Positions 58,101 to 64,000 of a stretch of 64,000 bases of DNA are shown piece after piece. Position 1 is the stretch's first letter. The number at the start of each line of letters is the position of its first letter. Position numbers and translations under genes: made by a program. Under the pieces are notes generated by a model. The model was not told where the DNA came from. It saw only the letters and a program-made list of their open reading frames with translations, and did no database searches. The DNA comes from an uncultured bacterium (GTDB lineage: Bacteria > Chloroflexota > UBA5177 > JANWHV01), in contig CAWHAE010000012.1 in the NCBI GenBank assembly GCA_963827235.1, positions 928,001-992,000 on the forward strand, in the 5' to 3' direction.

Positions 58101-59609
58101 AGCGGATTGGTGTTTTGCCTGGCCTTCAGCCCGGACGGCTCGATGCTGGCCTCCTGCAGCCGTGCCGGCACGATCCGGCTGTGGGATGTGGCGCGACGCC
58201 GGTCCCTCGGCGCCCTGTTCGGCGGGCCCACCTTCGCGGCGCTGAGTCTGGCCTTCAGCCCCGACGGCAGGACGCTCGCCTCCGGGAGTCAGGACAGCAC
58301 CATCCGGCTGTGGGACGTGGCGAACCGGCGTGCCTCCGGCTCGGCCCTCATTGGGCACACCGGTCCGGTGTATACCGTGGCCTTCAGTCCCGACGGATTG
58401 ACCCTCGCCTCCGGGAGTCAGGACAGCACCATCCGGCTGTGGGACGTGCCGGACGAGCAATCCCTTGGTCCGCCACTCAGCGGACATGCCGGCCCGATGG
58501 ACAGCCTCGCCTTCAGCCCCGACAGCAGGACGCTGGCGTCAGGCGGCGACGACGGCGCGATTCTCCTCTGGAACGCGGCGGGCGTGGCCACGTTCAGCCG
58601 GATGCTTGCCGGGCACAAAGAGACGGTGGAGAGCCTGGCCTTCAGCCCCGACGGCACGACTCTGGCGTCGGGCAGCAAAGACGCGACGATCCGGCTGTGG
58701 AACGTGGCGAGGGGCAGGCAGGTCGGCCCACCGCTCGCCGGGAACGCGGGTTCCGTGCTGAGCGTGGCCTTCAGCCCCGGCGGCACAACCCTGGCTTCTG
58801 GCAGCGCCAATCCGGCCACCGGCGTCGCGACCTTCCACCTGTGGAACGTGCGCAGCGGCCGGCCGCTCGGCCCATCGCTCATCGTGAAGGCGGTCTCCAG
58901 CGCTGCGTACAGTCCCGATGGCAGGATCCTAGCCACCGGCAGCAGTGACGGCAGCGTCCGGCTGTGGGATGTGGCGCGCCGGCGACCCCTTGGCCCGGCG
59001 CTGACCGGGCACACCGGCCCGGTGCTCAGCGTGGCCTTCAGTAGCGACGGTCAGACGCTGGCCTCCGGCGGCGCCGACACGACCGTCCGTGCCTGGAACG
59101 TAGCGACCCGGCAATCGCTCGCTCACCCGCTCACGGGGCATACCGGCCCGGTGAACAGCGTGGCATTCAGCCCGGATGGCAGGATCGTGGCTTCCGGCAG
59201 CAATGACGGCACGATCCGGCTGTGGGACATAGCGCATTGGCGGCCGCGCGGTCCGGCGCTCACCGGGCACACTGATGCGGTGCTCAGCGTGGCCTTCAGT
59301 CCCGACGGCCAGATGCTGGCCTCCGGCAGCGCCGATGGTACCATCCGCCTGTGGGATGTGGCGAGCGGGCAGGCGCTCGGTCCGGCCCTCGCCGGGCACA
59401 TAGAGCCGGTCGCGAGCCTTGCCTTTAGTGCCGACGGTACAACACTGGCCTCCGGCAGTTGGGACACAACCATCCGGCTGTGGCCCATCGGGCGTGAGTC
59501 GCTTGCTCAGCGTGCCTGCGCGATCGCCAATCGCAACCTCACGCGGCAGGAATGGCAGCAGTATCTTGGCTACCTACAGTACCGCATGACGTGTGCGAAC
59601 GTCCCTTGA
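55191..59609 (+). CDS. XRE HTH - TIR - nSTAND1 NTPase - TM - 14x WD40 (NLR-like protein)
   Basis: FGRLLREYRLAASLTQEELAERSGLS; TIR-like AFVVHAAED...VLLVVSP...SRLVGLEL; RNPYKGL..F...FFGR, GPSGSGKSSLVRAG, LLVDQLEELF, TLRADF, ALPLLEF; TM RVLAWVLALFLLVAAGL; 14 AFSPDG-type repeats. Confidence 0.93.
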   Translation: MAGTVPQVFGRLLREYRLAASLTQEELAERSGLSARGLRYLEQSARHAHPDTVRRLADALGVTPADHDRLLAAARASQRDAAIAPELWLGPVAEDQPPLAGRVVLAPAERTSFAFVVHAAEDGAVAERVLADLAAHGIAGWADGAELRPGADLPEVLRVAMRACGAVLLVVSPATRPSRLVGLELGLAEMYGRPIVPVWSAGDDWHDCVPAELASVPYVDARGARYPEAVVALVATLGTLSAGSPMGDVPPATRTPLVPRNPYKGLRAFAEEDESDFFGRTAVVPTLVEAVAATLAPGSAAPARLLAVVGPSGSGKSSLVRAGLIPRLKGGALSGSEGWIYLDPVLPGARPVEALAVTLAGKSERSMHTLCEDLDADDARGLHLWALQLVSRPEQRVVLLVDQLEELFTLTTDEQERRRFFDLLLTAITEPRGPLLAIITLRADFYDRPLAYPAFGALLQTRGNVVLPMGVAELREIIEEPVRLPDVQLCFEPGLVGDLLYEVAGQAGALPLLEFTLEQLVGRRQGSTLTVAAYQELGGVRGALSRQAEATYAALPADEQRQLARALFLRLIDPGATEQDTTRRRAAWSELTLLDAERTGLMRAVAGAFVAARLLTASEQGGTSRLEVSHEALIREWPRLADWLREAREDIRLQQSISADAAAWTRRGCPADHLYRGSALEEALGWAARNTPSAEEQAFVEAAAQAERAQAAAERDRQARELALAREAARANRRAAARLRVLAWVLALFLLVAAGLSAVAINNASIASDARTRAVAARNAAVAELSRELSLRAGTLLDSQLQVALLLSVEADRLGSSPQTHADLLQAINHSPRLISFLTTQTSPVLSVAFSPKGTILAAGSEDGTVRLWDVARRRLLGPPLAGHADAVSSLAFTADGTILASASNDGGVRLWDVARRRLLAPPLVGQTGFAHGVAFSPNGRILASGGGAGTIQLWDVAGRRSLGPPLRGQSGLVFCLAFSPDGSMLASCSRAGTIRLWDVARRRSLGALFGGPTFAALSLAFSPDGRTLASGSQDSTIRLWDVANRRASGSALIGHTGPVYTVAFSPDGLTLASGSQDSTIRLWDVPDEQSLGPPLSGHAGPMDSLAFSPDSRTLASGGDDGAILLWNAAGVATFSRMLAGHKETVESLAFSPDGTTLASGSKDATIRLWNVARGRQVGPPLAGNAGSVLSVAFSPGGTTLASGSANPATGVATFHLWNVRSGRPLGPSLIVKAVSSAAYSPDGRILATGSSDGSVRLWDVARRRPLGPALTGHTGPVLSVAFSSDGQTLASGGADTTVRAWNVATRQSLAHPLTGHTGPVNSVAFSPDGRIVASGSNDGTIRLWDIAHWRPRGPALTGHTDAVLSVAFSPDGQMLASGSADGTIRLWDVASGQALGPALAGHIEPVASLAFSADGTTLASGSWDTTIRLWPIGRESLAQRACAIANRNLTRQEWQQYLGYLQYRMTCANVP

Positions 59610-59658
59610 AGTCCTTTGCGCTCAGGGTCGACGCGAGCAATTACGCAAGGGCCGGCAG

Positions 59659-60462
59659 CTACTGCAGCGCGACCCTTGTTGTGCTGCCTGGGTCGGTCGC
59701 TTGCGTGCCGAAGGCCACGTCCACGCCGTAATGCGCGGGTGCTTGAAGCAGTGTCCGCCATTGCTCCTGGTCATGGCCGAATATCACCGTGGTGTTGGGC
59801 CGCTGCGCCTCGTCGCGCAAACGCGCGACCGATGCCCGTCCTGCTTCCGGATTGAGCATCGCCCCCAACGCGTCTTCGTCCCAGTTCGCCTTCGTATACA
59901 CGGCGTCACCCGTGAACAGGAGTCGCTGCCCATCGTCGAGGGTTATCACTACCGACTGGTGGCCCGGCGTATGGCCGGGCGTGAAGATGAGGTCGATTCC
60001 GTCGCACAGGCGGTGATCGCCGCAGATCGTGTCGTACGTCACGCCAGGGGCGTCCCAGCCGGGCCAGCCGGGGCCGTTTCCTTGTCGCGCCGCTTCGAGC
60101 TCGGCTTCTTGCAGCAATATCGGCCGTCGCGTGAAGTGGGCGTTGCCTCCCGCGTGGTCGAAGTGCAGATGGGTGTTCACGACACAGGTGACATCGTCCT
60201 CGCTCATGCCCAGTGACTGCAGGCGTGACATGATCGCGTCGCCGGCGGACATGTGGGGAAAGATCTCCGCCCCTTCAGCAACGCTTCCCGTCCGGTCAAT
60301 GAGGAAGTCCGGCATGCCGGTGTCGATCAGGTATGTGCCGGCGGGCGTCTGAGCGACTAGCGCTGGGATCGGGATCGGAACGAGCCCGCTCCGGCCCGTG
60401 TTCGGTATTAGCAGGTCGAACGCTATGTCGCAGCCGCCGCATTGTACGAGAAAGAGACGCAT
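59659..60462 (-). CDS. N-acyl homoserine lactonase family metallo-beta-lactamase (AiiA-like)
   Basis: YLIDTG, THLHFDHAGGN (HxHxDH), TPGHTPGHQS, TGDAVY, FGHD; AGAGGAGG RBS. Confidence 0.85.
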   Translation of the reverse strand: MRLFLVQCGGCDIAFDLLIPNTGRSGLVPIPIPALVAQTPAGTYLIDTGMPDFLIDRTGSVAEGAEIFPHMSAGDAIMSRLQSLGMSEDDVTCVVNTHLHFDHAGGNAHFTRRPILLQEAELEAARQGNGPGWPGWDAPGVTYDTICGDHRLCDGIDLIFTPGHTPGHQSVVITLDDGQRLLFTGDAVYTKANWDEDALGAMLNPEAGRASVARLRDEAQRPNTTVIFGHDQEQWRTLLQAPAHYGVDVAFGTQATDPGSTTRVALQ

Positions 60463-60968
60463 GTTTCGTAATCCTCCTCTGGCTATTCCACTCCACCTTC
60501 TCTTCCCGTTGGGCTCGGTAAGATATCGCTCACGGATGCGGCGGCCGCGCCCGGCAGTGCGGTTCTGTCCTATTGATACTACCGCGACTATAGTCGGGCC
60601 AGGGCGGAACCTGCTGGCATCGACTTGCCCATTATGCAAGTTCGGTATGTTCTAAGTAAGCAAATTTGTCCAAGCCGGGCGGGCAGCGAGCACGGCCGCG
60701 ACAACGGATGCTGTAGCGAGAGAGGTACCACGCGGGCCTCGCGGACATCCCGGGGGTCCGAGAAATCGACAAGATCGACGCCAGTGCGCTGACAGCCGTC
60801 TCGTGGGGCCGCTCGCGCCAACTCCTGGTAAGCCTACAGGGGTGCGTGGAAGAGGCAGGGCCGACGACGCCTCGTGGGCCATCCGGAGGCGTATGGCGGA
60901 GGGGGCGGCGATCCCGGCAGTCGCCACGAACCAACACGCCTGCCACCTGAGCACAGAAAGAGCACGAC

Positions 60969-62702
60969 ATGAGCACCCCCAACGGCTCCGGCAGTCGACC
61001 AGCGCTGCTACCCAGCGCCTCCGGTGCAGCCGCCACCGGCATATTCACCCACCGGCAGGTCCTGACCATTCTCACCGGGCTCATGCTGGGGATGTTCCTG
61101 GCAGCGCTGGACCAAACCATCGTTGCCTCCGCCATTCGTACGATCGGCGACGATCTCGACGGCCTGTCGTTTCAGGCGTGGGTCACCACCGCCTACCTCA
61201 TCACGTCGACTATTTCCACGCCGCTTTACGGCAAACTCTCCGACCTGTATGGACGGAAGCCGTTCTTTCTGTGCGCGATCAGCGTCTTCATCGTCGGGTC
61301 CGCCGCCTCGTCCTTCTCCACGTCGATGTACATGTTGGCGGTGTGCCGCGCCTTCCAAGGGCTGGGTGCGGGCGGGCTCTTCTCCATGGCGCTGTCGATC
61401 ATGGGCGACCTCGTCTCGCCACGGGAGCGCGCCCGGTACCAGGGCTACTTTCTTGCCGTGTTCGGCACGTCCAGCGTACTGGGCCCGGTCGTGGGCGGCT
61501 TCTTCGCGGGCCAGAGTAGCATTCTGGGTATCGCCGGCTGGCGGTGGGTATTCCTGGTCAACGTGCCGATCGGGTTGGCTGCCCTCGTCGTCGTGTGGTA
61601 CACGCTGAATCTGCCAGTCAGGCGCCGCGCGGCCCGGATAGACTGGTTTGGCTCCCTGGCCTTGATCATCTGCTTGATACCTATCCTGATCGTGGCTGAG
61701 CAGGGCGACACCTGGGGCTGGGGCTCAGGCAGGGCCTTCCTGTGCTACGCGATCGGCGCGGTCGGCCTGGCCTTCTTTGTCACGGCGGAGTACCGCATGA
61801 AGGACGACGCGCTGATTCCCCTGCGCTTCTTCCGCAACCCGGTGTTCAGTCTCTGCTCCGGGGTCGCAGTGGTGGTCGGCATGGGCATGTTTGGCGGGTT
61901 GTCCGTCCTGCCGCTCTATCTGCAGATCGTCAAGGGTGCCTCCCCCACCGAATCGGGATTACTGCTACTGCCCTTGACCGGCGGCCTCATGGTCTCGTCG
62001 ATCATTTCGGGCCAGCTCATTTCGCGAACCGGCCGCTACAAGATCTTCCCCATTGTCGGCGCGGCGCTCATGATGGTTGCGCTGACGATCATGCACTTTA
62101 TCGGAGCCGATACCCCTTTGTGGCAAACCGGCGTCTATACAGCGCTGTTCGGCCTCGGAGTCGGCAACCTCATGCAGCCGATCACGCTGGCGACACAGAA
62201 TGCGATGCCGCCGAAGGACATTGGCGTCGCCACCGCCTCGTCGACCTTCTTTCGACAGATGGGCGGCACCCTGGGTACCGCCGTGTTCCTCTCGGTGCTT
62301 TTCAGTACCGTCGGTAACAACATCCGGACCGCCTTCCAGCGTGCCGCACAGACGCCGGCGTTACGCTCGGCCCTTCACGATCCGAAGGTGGTGAGCGATC
62401 CGGCAAACAAACCGATTCTGGCGCTGGTCCATGGTGGCGGAAAGGTCGGCACGGCGACGCTCAATGACACCGCGTTCCTCAAACACGCGGACCACCGTCT
62501 CGCCGAGCCCTTCTTCGTGGGCTTCTCCCAGTCCATGGATTTGGTATTCATCATCGCCGCCGCCATCGTGGCAGTGGGGTTCATTCTGGTGTTGTTTCTG
62601 CGCGAGCTACCGCTCCGCACGATGTCGGGCTTGCAAGCGCAGCACACTGCCGTGGCGCCTACAGCCATGCCCACGGACCGTGCGTCAGCCGCAGCGGGGT
62701 GA
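60969..62702 (+). CDS. MFS drug:H+ antiporter (DHA2, EmrB/QacA-like)
   Basis: FLAALDQTIV, WVTTAYL, YGKLSDLYGRK, GPVVGG, WRWVFLVNVP; about 14 TM helices. Confidence 0.93.
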   Translation: MSTPNGSGSRPALLPSASGAAATGIFTHRQVLTILTGLMLGMFLAALDQTIVASAIRTIGDDLDGLSFQAWVTTAYLITSTISTPLYGKLSDLYGRKPFFLCAISVFIVGSAASSFSTSMYMLAVCRAFQGLGAGGLFSMALSIMGDLVSPRERARYQGYFLAVFGTSSVLGPVVGGFFAGQSSILGIAGWRWVFLVNVPIGLAALVVVWYTLNLPVRRRAARIDWFGSLALIICLIPILIVAEQGDTWGWGSGRAFLCYAIGAVGLAFFVTAEYRMKDDALIPLRFFRNPVFSLCSGVAVVVGMGMFGGLSVLPLYLQIVKGASPTESGLLLLPLTGGLMVSSIISGQLISRTGRYKIFPIVGAALMMVALTIMHFIGADTPLWQTGVYTALFGLGVGNLMQPITLATQNAMPPKDIGVATASSTFFRQMGGTLGTAVFLSVLFSTVGNNIRTAFQRAAQTPALRSALHDPKVVSDPANKPILALVHGGGKVGTATLNDTAFLKHADHRLAEPFFVGFSQSMDLVFIIAAAIVAVGFILVLFLRELPLRTMSGLQAQHTAVAPTAMPTDRASAAAG

Positions 62703-64000
62703 TCGTGCTAGCGCATCCCGCCACTGAGCACGCCACGGAGGTACGGAGCAAGTCGGTGCTGCCGATGAGCGTGACCGAGCTGCGCGAGACTATCGAGTTG
62801 CCCGCCGCCCTGCCCGACGTGGGCCTGCGCTTCGAGCCCAACCTGGTCGGTGATCTGCTCGCGGATGTGGCCGGGCAGCCGGGAGCACTGCCCCTTCTTG
62901 AATTCACGCTCGAGCAGCTCGTGGTCCACCGGCAGGGCGCCACGCTGACCGTGGCCGCCTACCAGGCGCTGGGCGGGGTGCGCGGCGCCCTGAGCCGGCA
63001 GGCCGAAGCCACGTACGCCGCGTTGCCCTCCGACGAGCACCGCCACCTGGCCCGCGCCCTCTTCCTAAGGTTGATCGACCCGGGTGCCTCTGAGCAGGAC
63101 ACCACCCGCCGGCGAGCGGCAATGAGCGAATTGGCCCTGCCGCGAAGAGCACGAGACCGCCTTGATGAGGGAGGTCGCCGACGCCTTCGTCGCGGATCGA
63201 TTGCTCACCGCGAGCGAGCAGGTCGGGGTGGGCCGGCTGGAGGTCAGCCACGAGGCGCTCATCGGCGAGTGGCCGCGGCTGGCCGAGTGGGTGCGTGAGG
63301 CCCGTGAGGATGTCCGCCTGCAGCAGACGATCAGCGCGGATGCCGCGGCCTGGGTGCGGCGGGACAAGCCGGCGGACCATCTCTACCGCGGCAGTGCCCT
63401 GACGGAGGCGCTGGGCTGGGCGGCGCGGAACACGCCGAGTGCCGAGGAGCAGGCCTTCCTGGAGGCGGCTGAGGCAGCGCAGCTTGAGCAGGCGGAGGGG
63501 GAGCGGGCGCGGCAGGCGCGCGAGCTGACGCTGGCCAGAGGGCGCGCGGCCACGCGGCTGCGCCTGCTGGCCGCGGTGTTGGCCGTCTTCCTGGCGGTCG
63601 CAGCGGGCCTGGGTGTGGTCGCCCTGAATAACGCCTCGGTAGCCTCGAATGAACGGACACGCGCGGTGGCCGCCCGCGATGCGGCGGTCTCCGAGCTGGC
63701 GCGCGGGCTGGGTTTGCGGGCCGGCACGCTCCTGGACAGCAATCTGCAGGTCGCGTTGCTATTGGGCGTGGAAGCCGACAGGCTGGGTAGCTCGGCGCAG
63801 ACCCATGCCGACCTGATCCACGCCATCGACCGCGACCCCCGGCTGCTCACATTTCTCACCGCGCAGGCGAGGCCCATGCGGAGCGTGGCCTTCAGCCCAG
63901 ACGGTGCGATTGTGGCCGCGGGGAGTGACGACGGCACCGTCCGGCTGTGGGACGCGTCCCGCCGGCAGCCCCTCGGCCCGCCGCTCCCGGCCCACACTGC
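62699..64000 (+). pseudogene. 5'-truncated, frameshifted paralog of the nSTAND-TM-WD40 gene (runs off the window)
   Basis: From ~62755 it matches ~56585 onward (VLPMxVxELRE...ALPLLEFTLEQLV...RLIDPGA.EQDTTRRRAA); +1 frameshift at ~63143; lacks HTH, TIR and Walker A/B. Confidence 0.85.

Noticed and set aside
60630-60668. AT-rich patch (TATGCAAG...TAAGCAAAT) as a MarR-type operator for the MFS gene
   Set aside because: The palindrome is imperfect and no regulator gene is recognisable nearby

Overview
GC-rich bacterial chromosomal window, most likely Chloroflexota (C-terminal YFPxTGH/FLAYW surface-anchoring repeats at ~41.3-41.7 kb). About 1-27.4 kb is core-like: Flp pilus CpaB, a NarL-type response regulator, three GT-C-like membrane proteins, an opp/app ABC peptide transporter, an ECF sigma/zf-HC2 anti-sigma pair, rsmG, a class B PBP, Re-citrate synthase with a divergent stand-alone HTH, and an EPS/capsule operon with an apparently dead BY-kinase. 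About 27.4-64 kb is an accessory, partly decaying region rich in secreted proteins: LCCL proteins, an orphan Hcp, SBBP and Cys-rich Asp-box propellers, a tail-collar and collagen pair, a YbjQ pair, a second rsmG, two STAND-type regulators (ATPase-TPR-LuxR and XRE-TIR-nSTAND-TM-WD40) plus a broken paralog, an AHL-lactonase-like MBL, an MFS exporter and a miniature IS4 derivative. The most notable signals are (i) an LCCL-Hcp-'coiled-coil+Tat' operon with no other T6SS genes in the window, (ii) three unrelated secreted proteins that share a coiled-coil leader placed before the signal peptide, (iii) a promoter with four helically phased CAAGA boxes present three times with conserved spacing, and (iv) a probable AUU start codon for oppD. 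No tRNA, rRNA or CRISPR array was recognised. All calls are by eye, without database searches.
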